DNA of 64,000 nucleotides from a virus. Lineage: Duplodnaviria; Heunggongvirae; Uroviricota; Caudoviricetes. Made by a program: the position numbers and the translations under genes. The stretch lies in IMG/VR virus record IMGVR_UViG_2799113093_000010; one strand, 5' to 3'. Shown in pieces: positions 35,359 to 43,437 of this stretch (the stretch's first letter is position 1; each line of letters opens with the position of its first letter). Under the pieces are notes generated by a model. The model was not told the origin of the DNA. It did not search any database and saw only the letters and a list, made by a program, of their open reading frames with translations.

Positions 35359-35442
35359 TATGAAGTTGTGTCAGGGTTCGTGCGTCAGTTAACTCATCGA
35401 GGTACCTTCCGCGTGTTCTCTGGGGTGTTGCTTACCTGTCCA

Positions 35443-35470
35443 ACTGTATGGATTTACAGCCTGGTGGCAA
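35443..35470 (-). promoter_or_regulatory. candidate sigma-A-type promoter for the Y-RNA/rsr transcript (TTGCCA-N16-TACAGT on the minus strand)
   Basis: The -35 element TTGCCA is the reverse complement of 35465-35470. The -10 element TACAGT is the reverse complement of 35443-35448. It lies in a 175-bp noncoding stretch upstream of unit 1. Confidence 0.3.
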
Positions 35471-35551
35471 CCCATTTACGGATGCCGCTGCAAACCGTTA
35501 GCCTGGCCGCAGCCACGTTCGGTATGTCGATTTCAGCGAACACGCAGGTAG

Positions 35552-35986
35552 TCACCCGATCGGCTTCGCGGCCTGGATACGGCGTTGCTGACGGCGCCGG
35601 TTGTACGCCTGCACGTCCGCCCACCGATACCGCGGCCCGTCCGGCGTCTCCACCGCCAGCACCCCGTCCTTGCCCTGCCGGGCGCGGCTGTTCCACTGGC
35701 GCACCGCCGCGGCCGACAGGTGCACCAGCGCCGCCACGTCCGTAGCGGTGAGCAGGTCGTCGTCGTCCGGCTGGTTCACCATCGGCACCATCCAGTAGCG
35801 ACCCTGGTCCTGCCACTGCCGATCCAGATCGGCCACCGCCGACAACGCTTCGTGATCGGGATCCAGATACGCCAGATACTCGACCAGGATCTCCGCGGTC
35901 CGCCGATAGGAGCGTGCGATCCGGCGAGCCTCATCGACCGGCGAATCCCCCGGGTAGCGGTACACCTTCGATTCATCGCTCAAGAC
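35552..35986 (-). CDS. helix-turn-helix DNA-binding protein (about 144 aa)
   Basis: GTG start at 35986. HTH-like segment LLTATDVAALVHLSAAAVRQW. The upstream part of the track ORF is R/H-rich junk. Confidence 0.45.
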   Translation of the reverse strand, partial: VLSDESKVYRYPGDSPVDEARRIARSYRRTAEILVEYLAYLDPDHEALSAVADLDRQWQDQGRYWMVPMVNQPDDDDLLTATDVAALVHLSAAAVRQWNSRARQGKDGVLAVETPDGPRYRWADVQAYNRRRQQRRIQAAKPIG

Positions 35987-36369
35987 AGGCGCTCCTTCCC
36001 GCCGTAGGCGAGCAGCAGACCGATGCCGGGTAACCCGTCTCGAACCACGTCGGCGGTGTAGGTGCCGTCGATGGCCTTGTCGCACCACGCGGACACGGTG
36101 ACCAACGTGACGGTTCGCCGCGCCGGGTACACCGCCCACGTCTCCTGCGGGAACTGAAGTGCGCCCGGCAGCTGGGCCGGCGCGACCTCGAACGGCTTGT
36201 CACCGAGCCATTCCTTGACATCGAGCAGAGGTGCCTCGCCGGCCAGCGCGGTGGCGAGCCGGTAGAACTTCTCGGCTGTTTCGCGCTCCAGGTCCTCCAG
36301 GTCCTCCAGGTTGGCGGTCACGGGAGTAGCCGCCACAGCGTTGGCTGGCATTTCTGGCAGACGCCCCAT
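35980..36369 (-). CDS. hypothetical protein (about 129 aa)
   Basis: Start MGRLPEMPANA...; acidic LEDLEDLERE segment. Confidence 0.4.
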   Translation of the reverse strand: MGRLPEMPANAVAATPVTANLEDLEDLERETAEKFYRLATALAGEAPLLDVKEWLGDKPFEVAPAQLPGALQFPQETWAVYPARRTVTLVTVSAWCDKAIDGTYTADVVRDGLPGIGLLLAYGGKERLS

Positions 36370-36575
36370 TCGGTGAGGGCGCAACACACCTGGCACGTTG
36401 GGTTTCCGCCGGCGTCCGGGTCGTCGGTGTCCCAAGGGCTGGGGCAGCGCAGGTGCGCGACCGTAGGCGGGATAAGGCTCTTGCACGTGGAGCCCTGGTC
36501 CGGTGGTTCAGCGCGCTCCACCCGCACGAAGAGGTCCCCGTCCTTGATCGCGACGGGGCAGCGTTCGCACTTCAC
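36318..36575 (-). CDS. Cys-rich zinc-ribbon-like small protein (about 85 aa)
   Basis: GTG at 36575 overlaps the upstream stop (GTGA). Cys pairs CERC...CKS...CQVCC...CQKC. Confidence 0.4.
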   Translation of the reverse strand: MKCERCPVAIKDGDLFVRVERAEPPDQGSTCKSLIPPTVAHLRCPSPWDTDDPDAGGNPTCQVCCALTEWGVCQKCQPTLWRLLP

Positions 36576-37576
36576 GCCGACTCCTTCACCGTCGACGCAC
36601 GCCGATCCTCCGGCGCCCGGTGCGGCTCCGGGCCTTCGGTGAGCGCCAACACCACCACGTCGGCGAGCTGCAAACCGAGCCGAGCCGCATCCGCACCAGG
36701 CTTCGCCGCGTCCTCCTTCACCCGCTCGGTGCCGGAGCGAAGCTGATCGAGCCGCCAATACGCCTCAGCCAGCAGCCATTTCAAGATGTCCATCTGAACC
36801 CTCTCCTTCTGTGCGTCGGTGATCAGTCCCTGCAGCCACTCGTATTCGTGTTCCTGCCACCACGACCCGCATGCCGTGCAGTCGTAGGTGGTGGTGCCGT
36901 CCCAGCGGCCGACCGCATGCGCATGGCACTGCGGGCATTCGCCGTTGTCGTGAGCGCGGAGCCGCTCCAAACCCATCTCCAGATAGACAGCGCGGGACAC
37001 GTCCGCGATAGCGAGCGCCACCTCCACGCCGTCCATCTCGGTCAGCTCCCGCGGCTGCCCGGTCGAAGCCCAGCCGTCGTCGCCGTCCGGGACCGGCGCC
37101 CACCGCACCATCGCTTGCTCCTGCTGGGCCAACAGCACGGCGAGGTTCGGTTCGAGCACCTTCACGGCGCGCTCGACGGTGGCCTTCTCGTGCGCGGGGA
37201 ACCCGAGGCGGCCGTGACGCTGCTTGCCGTCCAGATTCAGGGCCTGCTCCACCATCTCGACGGCACGATCGGACAGCTCAACGATCCGCTGCTGCAGCGC
37301 CTCCCGGCGCGTGTTGATCGGGATGGTCAGCTCCCGGGTCATCGCCACCCGAGCACCTTGGGATGGCCGGCGCTCGCCGATTCCCTCGTGCAGGCGGCGC
37401 CAGTCCCGCGGCAATCCCTTGATGGCGCGCCGCAGTTTCTCCAGGCAGCCGTCGCACAGCGGGCCGTCGATGATCATGCCGCCCTGCGGATCACCGGTTT
37501 CCGGGTGACGGTGCACCATGTCCCGGTTCACACACCGCGGACCCCAGGCGCACCGATGCTTGTCGTACACGGTCAC
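36572..37576 (-). CDS. hypothetical protein with Cys-rich N-terminus (about 334 aa)
   Basis: GTG at 37576 overlaps the upstream stop (GTGA). Cys motifs CAWGPRC...CDGC and later CPQCHAH...CTAC. Confidence 0.45.
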   Translation of the reverse strand: MTVYDKHRCAWGPRCVNRDMVHRHPETGDPQGGMIIDGPLCDGCLEKLRRAIKGLPRDWRRLHEGIGERRPSQGARVAMTRELTIPINTRREALQQRIVELSDRAVEMVEQALNLDGKQRHGRLGFPAHEKATVERAVKVLEPNLAVLLAQQEQAMVRWAPVPDGDDGWASTGQPRELTEMDGVEVALAIADVSRAVYLEMGLERLRAHDNGECPQCHAHAVGRWDGTTTYDCTACGSWWQEHEYEWLQGLITDAQKERVQMDILKWLLAEAYWRLDQLRSGTERVKEDAAKPGADAARLGLQLADVVVLALTEGPEPHRAPEDRRASTVKESA

Positions 37577-37899
37577 GGGAACTCCACCTCCGGGCGCGGA
37601 GGGCACGTCACGTGCAGCAGCTGGTTGACCGTCGTGAACCCCTGCACCTGGCGCGGATTCTCGAAGTCGATCTGCACCGTCTGATAGCGCTCCCCGATTT
37701 GGATGAACTGGCCGCACCGATCACACAGCGGTCGCGGCACCGCATCTCCAAGGGCAACGAGGTGCAGCTTGCTATCGGCCAACCGCACCAACCGCTGGCC
37801 ACAGCACGGAGACACCCAGCCGCCGCCGTGGAGCGCCGCAACCACGTCCACAGGGGTCCGGCCGCACTTGCACGTCACCGCAAGGCCAGGCGTCGTCAC
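37573..37899 (-). CDS. Cys-rich small protein (about 108 aa)
   Basis: GTG at 37899 overlaps the upstream stop (GTGA); RBS GGAGGGAA; Cys motifs CKC...CC...CDRC. Confidence 0.45.
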   Translation of the reverse strand: MTTPGLAVTCKCGRTPVDVVAALHGGGWVSPCCGQRLVRLADSKLHLVALGDAVPRPLCDRCGQFIQIGERYQTVQIDFENPRQVQGFTTVNQLLHVTCPPRPEVEFP

Positions 37900-38336
37900 G
37901 TTCCCTCCTGTTCCCAGGCGTGGTCGCAAGTAATGCAGGTCCGCAGCACATACCGGCGCTGCGGAAAATCGACCCATACCCAGTCGTCGACCCACGTGTC
38001 GTATTCGGGGATCGTCAGGTGATGGCCGGCCTCGGTCCCGCACAGGTCGCAGCGCACCCACCCCATGAATCGGATCGAGATGCGGAACGGTGACGTCTTT
38101 CTGTGGAACCAGTCCGGCGAGTTCTCCCGCGCGTTCGGCGGCCACACCCGGATATCGATCGCCGCTGGAAACCACATCGGCGCGAGGTCCACTTCGTCTC
38201 CGGGGTGCAGCGTGTCCTCCACCACGCAGCGGATGGGGGCGTCGTGGCTTATCACCACCTCGTAGGGGAGCGGCCACTGCTTCCCGTTGCGCTGCAACAA
38301 CATCTGATACCGCTCAATCGGATAGGCGGTCATCAA
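37896..38336 (-). CDS. hypothetical protein (146 aa)
   Basis: Protein-like ORF, Trp-rich. Confidence 0.45.
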   Translation of the reverse strand: MMTAYPIERYQMLLQRNGKQWPLPYEVVISHDAPIRCVVEDTLHPGDEVDLAPMWFPAAIDIRVWPPNARENSPDWFHRKTSPFRISIRFMGWVRCDLCGTEAGHHLTIPEYDTWVDDWVWVDFPQRRYVLRTCITCDHAWEQEGT

Positions 38337-38710
38337 GCACCCGCCCGCTCTGCCAGAGTGAACCGTCTCGTCAGCTCAGCGAAGATCAGCTCAGAAACCC
38401 GCTCGATGCTGCCCTGTGTGTGGAGGAAGGCAGCCGGCGCCTTGGCTCTCTCGATGGTCAGCTCTCGCGAAATCAAGCTCAGCACAGCTATTTCCATCGC
38501 CCGCTCCTTCTCCTTACGTTCGGCGTCGGCGCGGAGTTCGCTCGCCGCCTTCCGCAGCTCGACCGGCGACCAACGGACTTCCTCCCCGTACTTGTATCCA
38601 CCGACAGCCGCGTGGAAGACGTTCATCACGCGGGACATGATGTCGGCAGTCTTCTCCAGGTCGTTCGCCATCTCGCGGAGTGCTTCGGGCGTCACAACGG
38701 ACTCGTTCAT
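38333..38710 (-). CDS. hypothetical protein (about 125 aa)
   Basis: ATG at 38710 (MNESVVTPEALREM...) overlaps the upstream stop. Confidence 0.4.
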   Translation of the reverse strand: MNESVVTPEALREMANDLEKTADIMSRVMNVFHAAVGGYKYGEEVRWSPVELRKAASELRADAERKEKERAMEIAVLSLISRELTIERAKAPAAFLHTQGSIERVSELIFAELTRRFTLAERAGA

Positions 38711-38919
38711 TTCATCAGCTCTTTCTGTTGGGTCTTGATGTAATCGGTTGCAATGGCGTCGGTTACATGCCTGACAGCCGCCGCGTGATCGCCGTACGCC
38801 GCCTCGTGCATCGAGTAACCGGGCCGGAAAACCAGCCAAGGAAACAACACCGGCGCGCCGTGCTCGTAGATCGCGAACTCCCCAGGACGCCTGGTCCGTA
38901 TCCGCCAGCGCACCTTCAC
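38707..38919 (-). CDS. hypothetical small protein (about 70 aa)
   Basis: GTG at 38919 overlaps the upstream stop (GTGA). Confidence 0.3.
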   Translation of the reverse strand: MKVRWRIRTRRPGEFAIYEHGAPVLFPWLVFRPGYSMHEAAYGDHAAAVRHVTDAIATDYIKTQQKELMK

Positions 38920-39308
38920 CGCACACCTGCCGGGTGATGCACGCACGACCGGATCAGATGCTCCACCTTCGTCATCTCCGCACCACACGTCGAGCACGTC
39001 GACGGGTATCCGGTCAGCACCGTCCGATACAAGCGGCGCGCGATAAGCATCTTCGCCAGGACGCGCGTGCCCTCAGCGCAAGGGCCGCAAAACAATTCGA
39101 CCTGATCACCGTTCGCGTTGGTATTCGGCCCGTCGCACATGTCCAAGGCGTGTGCCTCGATCACGAACGTGGCCGGCTCCCCGCACATCTTGTCGCCGTG
39201 CCGGTGCTGGCAGCCGACGCCGCGGCCCTTCCACTCCGACTCCATGCCCGACAGCTGAGAGTCCACGAGCGCCGCCATCTCGGCTTCCGACAACCGTTCC
39301 GTGGTCAT
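38916..39308 (-). CDS. hypothetical Cys-rich protein (about 130 aa)
   Basis: Start MTTERLSEAEMAAL...; several Cys/His residues (CQHRHGDKMC...CGPC...CSTC). Confidence 0.4.
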   Translation of the reverse strand: MTTERLSEAEMAALVDSQLSGMESEWKGRGVGCQHRHGDKMCGEPATFVIEAHALDMCDGPNTNANGDQVELFCGPCAEGTRVLAKMLIARRLYRTVLTGYPSTCSTCGAEMTKVEHLIRSCVHHPAGVR

Positions 39309-39468
39309 CTTGGTACCCCGAGCAATTCGCGGATCTTCTGCACGTGGTGATCTGCACCATAGAGTCGCGCGGCCAACTCCTCCCTGGTTTTCGACAGCCG
39401 CGCCAACTTCAGCTCGCACTCGGCGCGCATCAGCAGCTCCACCATCTCCGGTAGCGCCCACTCGGGGA

Positions 39469-39909
39469 TCACGACTCGGCCCCGGCCTCGATGAGCTTCT
39501 CAGCCCAGGCGACAGCGACCGCCGCGACCTGAATCAGCTCCGCGCACAGGTTGAATCGCAGCGCTCCCGCCGCCTCCGCACCCATCCGATGCGTCTTCAG
39601 GTCCAGATGAGTTGCGGCGTCGATCGCCTCCGCGACCTCCTCCACAAGGATGTGCCCCCACGTCACCTCGCCCTCTTGGGCGGCCTTCTGGCATAGGTAT
39701 TTTGCACGGATCGCGGTGGGGATCCCGTACTCCTGGGCCATGCGTTCCGGGGTGCATCCGCCCTGGCGTTGCGTGAGCACGGTGTCCACGTTGTGGTGGT
39801 TCTGGTTGCCCCACTTCGCGGTCTGCGCCAGGCGCTCGTAGACGATCATCTGCAAGACGCGACGAGTGGGGGAGGTGGTCGTGTCGACGGCCGGTTCGAT
39901 GGGCATCAC
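39469..39909 (-). CDS. hypothetical protein, possibly MazG-like all-alpha NTP pyrophosphohydrolase (146 aa)
   Basis: EE..E..D-type acidic helix ILVEEVAEAIDAATHLD; weak evidence. Confidence 0.3.
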   Translation of the reverse strand: MMPIEPAVDTTTSPTRRVLQMIVYERLAQTAKWGNQNHHNVDTVLTQRQGGCTPERMAQEYGIPTAIRAKYLCQKAAQEGEVTWGHILVEEVAEAIDAATHLDLKTHRMGAEAAGALRFNLCAELIQVAAVAVAWAEKLIEAGAES

Positions 39910-40469
39910 GACTCACCGCATCCCGCGTCGCCGAACTCATCCCACGGGACGAACCGGTCAACGTAGTGGCGCGGCGACGCACCCGGCCACGCAGGTCCGC
40001 TGCACCAGAAGCCCCACAGCCGGGTACGCGGCCCAGTGACGATCAACGTCCAGCAGGGCAGCGCGCGTAGGCGCGGCCGGATACGGGTGCGCTCCACGGA
40101 CGTGGCCGGCGCCTTGACCAGCTCGACGCGGTGCCGCCATAACGCCGGCCGGAATACCAGCGGGCGGTCGCCCCAGAACAAGCGCCATAGCTCCGGTGCC
40201 GACCGAACCGAGCGGCCGTCGTCGGTGACCTCGATGTACTGCCCCCACAACACCAGCGACAGAAACCACCACGGATGGTCATGAAGCGCCCGGTCATCGT
40301 CGTCGCGTAGGAACTTGTGGAGGTAGACGTTCAGCCAACGGTTCCTCGGGATCACGTACCAGCGCAGCAGGTACGGGGGTTCGCCTTCCGAGCCGATGGG
40401 CTGGTGGGGTTCCAGCCGGACCCACTTCCGCAGCCATCGGTGGTTGTTCGGTCCTGTGGTGGTGCTCAT
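39906..40469 (-). CDS. hypothetical protein (about 187 aa)
   Basis: Start MSTTTGPNNHRWLRKW...; Trp-rich. The upstream 118 aa of the track ORF are P/R-rich junk. Confidence 0.4.
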   Translation of the reverse strand: MSTTTGPNNHRWLRKWVRLEPHQPIGSEGEPPYLLRWYVIPRNRWLNVYLHKFLRDDDDRALHDHPWWFLSLVLWGQYIEVTDDGRSVRSAPELWRLFWGDRPLVFRPALWRHRVELVKAPATSVERTRIRPRLRALPCWTLIVTGPRTRLWGFWCSGPAWPGASPRHYVDRFVPWDEFGDAGCGES

Positions 40470-40638
40470 CGGTTCTCCTTGGCTGCTGGTTGGTTGGGTC
40501 GTTGCTTCTGGTGCAGTGGCATCACGCCGTCGCGGCGGATCCGGTACGAGCGCTGGCAGGTTGGGCAGTAGGCGCGGCCTTTGCGCGGTCGGGTGAGCGG
40601 GACCTTGCCGCTGCCGGCGCATACCTCGTCGCGGGCGT

Positions 40639-41283
40639 TCACCGCTGGTCCTGGAGGCGCCCGAAGGCGCGGAGCACGGCAGCGGCGGCCTCAACGGAGT
40701 CCCACGCGGAACGGTCTCCGCTGTTGCGGTCCGGGTGGGCTCTAGCTCGTGCGGCTCGGTAGACCTTGTCGAGCGGCGAATTTTTGTCGCCAGCGGCAAG
40801 CCGGAGGTGGAGTTCAGCGTCATCGGCGGATTGGCCTCCGGGGGCTGGAGCTCCTGCGGAAGGGAGTTGCTTCCACCCGTCGTACTGCTGCCCGGTTTGG
40901 GTGACGCCGTAACGGTCCACCTTGCGGAGCGCTTCGAGCGCGAGGGCGATGGCGCGGAGGTTGTCCTGCCAGTTGGTGAACGTGTCGCAGGGGAACGACA
41001 GTGGTCCTGTGCGGGATTCGATGTTCAGGATGACGCCGGGGTGCTCGGGTTTGGCTGTGGCGCGGGGCATCCCGTCGATACGGAAGTCTTGCTCGCGCAT
41101 CGCGATTTGGAGGATGGCTGGCGCGTTCTGCCTGCCGCTTCCGAGGTACCAGAGTTCCCGGTCGAGCAGGTTGAGGGTTTCGCTCCACTGCGCGGAGAAG
41201 TTCGAGCGGCGGCGTTCCTGGGTGAGCTGGTGCGGCCAGGCGGTGATCGGGCGCAGGGTCATGTTCGTGGGGTAGCTCGTCAT
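40639..41283 (-). CDS. J-domain (DnaJ-like) protein (about 214 aa)
   Basis: C-terminal J-domain with HPD motif (KVYRAARARAHPDRNSGDRSAWDSVEAAAAVL). ATG at 41283 overlaps the stop of the initiator-like gene (ATGA). Confidence 0.6.
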   Translation of the reverse strand: MTSYPTNMTLRPITAWPHQLTQERRRSNFSAQWSETLNLLDRELWYLGSGRQNAPAILQIAMREQDFRIDGMPRATAKPEHPGVILNIESRTGPLSFPCDTFTNWQDNLRAIALALEALRKVDRYGVTQTGQQYDGWKQLPSAGAPAPGGQSADDAELHLRLAAGDKNSPLDKVYRAARARAHPDRNSGDRSAWDSVEAAAAVLRAFGRLQDQR

Positions 41284-42218
41284 GCGGACTCCTTGGGTGC
41301 TTCGGGGTTGCATTGGCAGCGGCGGAGGCTGTCGTGGTCGTTGTCGATCCAGCCGCGTCCCCCGCAGTCGGTGCAGGCGGCGATGCGGGCGCGGCGTTCG
41401 GCTTTCTCGCGGGCGGGGCGTTCGGCGTCCCAGGCTTCGCGGCGTTCGCGGTGGCGCTGGCATGCGCGGCACGGGTCGTCGGTGCCGCCGGGGTGCTTTG
41501 GGCAGAATTCGGGGGGCGGCGCGGAGCGCTCCCCAACCCAGGTACCTACGGAAGGTGAGATAACACCCTGACCCTCACCCTGACCCGACCCTGAGGCGAA
41601 CCCTTCTCCAAAGGGTTTCGGGAAGGGTTCCATTTCCCCAGGTGGCGGAAACCCTTCCGATAACCCTTCATCAAAGCCTTCTGTAAAGGGTTCAGGAAAG
41701 GGTTCCGATAACCCTTGGGTAAGGGTTCCCAAGTGCGCCAACGCTTCCGCGTGTGCCCGCTTCAAGTTGTCACGGAGCTTCACTGCCTTCGGGCTTTCGC
41801 CCGCGATGGAGGGCAGCGGTACTCGCTCCAGCTCCTCGGCGAGGATGTACGCGAGTTTCGGCGACTCCACGTGGCCCGCCGAGCGGAGCGCGGACAGCAT
41901 CACGTTGGGCTGCTTTCCGACCTCGTCTCGGCGCATGAACGACCGCACCAAGGTTTCCCCGGTGTCCTCGTCGGTGAACACGTACCGGCTGCGCTCCAGC
42001 CGGACCAAGGCCTCCTCGACGGCCGACTCCTGGGGTATGCGCCCGCGCTGGCGGAGGGCCTTCCGCCAGCGCCGCATGTTGATCGGCTGCACCCCGGCGT
42101 AGTTCATGGCCGGTTGTGCGATCAGCACACAGAACAGGAGCTTGTCGAACACCTCCTGCGCGCAGAAGTCCTCATCGGTCCACATCGAGAACCACATGCG
42201 CCCGTACTCGCGAGGCAC
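41280..42218 (-). CDS. putative replication initiator-like protein with internal repeat-encoded linker and C-terminal zinc ribbons (about 312 aa)
   Basis: GTG start at about 42218 after the RBS GGAAGGGGAG. N-terminal globular domain. Low-complexity linker EPFPEPFTEGFDEGLSEGFPPPGEMEPFPKPFGEGF encoded by the repeat array at 41560-41730. C-terminal Cys pairs CPKH...CRAC and CTDC...CQC. Confidence 0.45.
   Translation of the reverse strand: MPREYGRMWFSMWTDEDFCAQEVFDKLLFCVLIAQPAMNYAGVQPINMRRWRKALRQRGRIPQESAVEEALVRLERSRYVFTDEDTGETLVRSFMRRDEVGKQPNVMLSALRSAGHVESPKLAYILAEELERVPLPSIAGESPKAVKLRDNLKRAHAEALAHLGTLTQGLSEPFPEPFTEGFDEGLSEGFPPPGEMEPFPKPFGEGFASGSGQGEGQGVISPSVGTWVGERSAPPPEFCPKHPGGTDDPCRACQRHRERREAWDAERPAREKAERRARIAACTDCGGRGWIDNDHDSLRRCQCNPEAPKESA
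41599..41727. repeat. iteron-like array: 9 copies of AAGGGTT/AACCCTT in both orientations; extended consensus GGAAGGGTTCC
   Basis: Copies at 41599, 41611, 41623, 41650, 41662, 41686, 41698, 41710 and 41721. An adjacent CCCTGA hexamer tandem lies at 41566-41594. Confidence 0.7.
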
Positions 42219-42246
42219 TACCGCTCCCCTTCCGTCTTGTTGTTGT

Positions 42247-42954
42247 TCACCAGCCGAACTCCGTGGGTACATACACCTGCGTCTGGGACCGGATGAATCC
42301 CGAATCCAACGGGGGCTGGTCTGATTCCGTCACCCGGATGAGGAGCCGCCATCCACGCCAATCCGCAGGCGTCGCGGTGTGGACGTTCCACCAATTCCAC
42401 GAAAGCCACTGCTCCAGAGGAGAATCCAGATACGCGCCTCGCTCGGAATATGGCGCGCTCTCAACCTTTTGTGACAGTTCGCGATACAGGCCCGAGTCCT
42501 CGCCATGTTCCAGGTCAACGACCCACGGTTTGCGCATGAACCTTGTTGGGCAGTGGTTTCCGACATGGATGGTGTGGAACCGGGGCCGGTACCCCTTCGC
42601 ATCTTGGGCGCCCTGAGCCTTCATAGATGGAGGGCCAGCGTTGAACGGTGATCCGACCTGCTCCGTTACGGTGTGGAGACGTGGGACGCCATCGGTGTGC
42701 CAGCCCGGTATCGCCGGGATGAAGCCCGGCAGCAGCAGAGATACCTTCGTGTCCACGAACACGTGCTCGTGGTCACCGACTATCGGGGCTTGCTCCAAGC
42801 AGCGCCGCACCGCAGGGCCACCGAACAGCACCGCGTTCTGCAGGCTCGCGCGCTCCAGGTTTGGTGTGGCCGGCAGGCACCCCCGCTCCTGCGCGTAGAA
42901 CTCGACGTGCGCGCCGTGCTTTGGCGGCTCAACGTTGAATGTGTAGGCGGTCAC
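42247..42954 (-). CDS. putative Fe(II)/2-oxoglutarate dioxygenase (PhyH-like), paralog B (about 235 aa)
   Basis: GTG at 42954 overlaps the upstream stop (GTGA). Motifs GWHTDG, FHTIHVGNHCPTRFM. About 70% aa identity to 32314..33042, with near-identical 3' ends. Confidence 0.45.
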   Translation of the reverse strand: MTAYTFNVEPPKHGAHVEFYAQERGCLPATPNLERASLQNAVLFGGPAVRRCLEQAPIVGDHEHVFVDTKVSLLLPGFIPAIPGWHTDGVPRLHTVTEQVGSPFNAGPPSMKAQGAQDAKGYRPRFHTIHVGNHCPTRFMRKPWVVDLEHGEDSGLYRELSQKVESAPYSERGAYLDSPLEQWLSWNWWNVHTATPADWRGWRLLIRVTESDQPPLDSGFIRSQTQVYVPTEFGW

Positions 42955-43388
42955 CGGACTACCTGCCACGGCTTGTCGTCGCGGACCTTCCAGCCGAGGC
43001 CGGGGAGCTCGGGCCCACTTTCGACTTCCACCTGCTTGTCGCTCGGCGGCTGGACCACGAGCCATGTCAACCTCTGTTCAGCGTCCGAGTAGTAGCGGCG
43101 GGCGAAGCGCCCGTCCCCGTGGGTAGCGACGGTGCCCTCGGGCAGGCCCAGCCGGGAGGTGTTGATGGCGCAAAGGATTACGCGGAGGACCTCGGCGCGG
43201 CCTGCATAATGAAGGCCGCCGTTCGCCTGGTTGCAGTTGGCCTTCAGCCAAGCTCCGGTGAGTAGCTTGTCCAGCGCGATCGTGGCCGCCAGTCTCTCGC
43301 GGTCGTTGATGGTGACGCGGCCATCTAGATACCCCGGGGTGTTGTCGGTCTGTTGTTCTGCGGCGGTGATCATTTCGCTGAGGTCCAT
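42951..43388 (-). CDS. hypothetical protein (about 145 aa)
   Basis: RBS CAAGGAGAACCC before the ATG at 43388. Confidence 0.45.
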   Translation of the reverse strand: MDLSEMITAAEQQTDNTPGYLDGRVTINDRERLAATIALDKLLTGAWLKANCNQANGGLHYAGRAEVLRVILCAINTSRLGLPEGTVATHGDGRFARRYYSDAEQRLTWLVVQPPSDKQVEVESGPELPGLGWKVRDDKPWQVVR

Positions 43389-43437
43389 GGGTTCTCCTTG
43401 GTCGATGCTGTTGTCCGTCGGGCATGTCGGCGGCGCC

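Noticed and set aside
41560-41730. CRISPR array or tandem-repeat mobile element
   Set aside because: The repeats are 7-11 bp, occur in both orientations without spacers of uniform length, and lie inside an intact reading frame. Iterons, or a low-complexity linker, are the better explanation.
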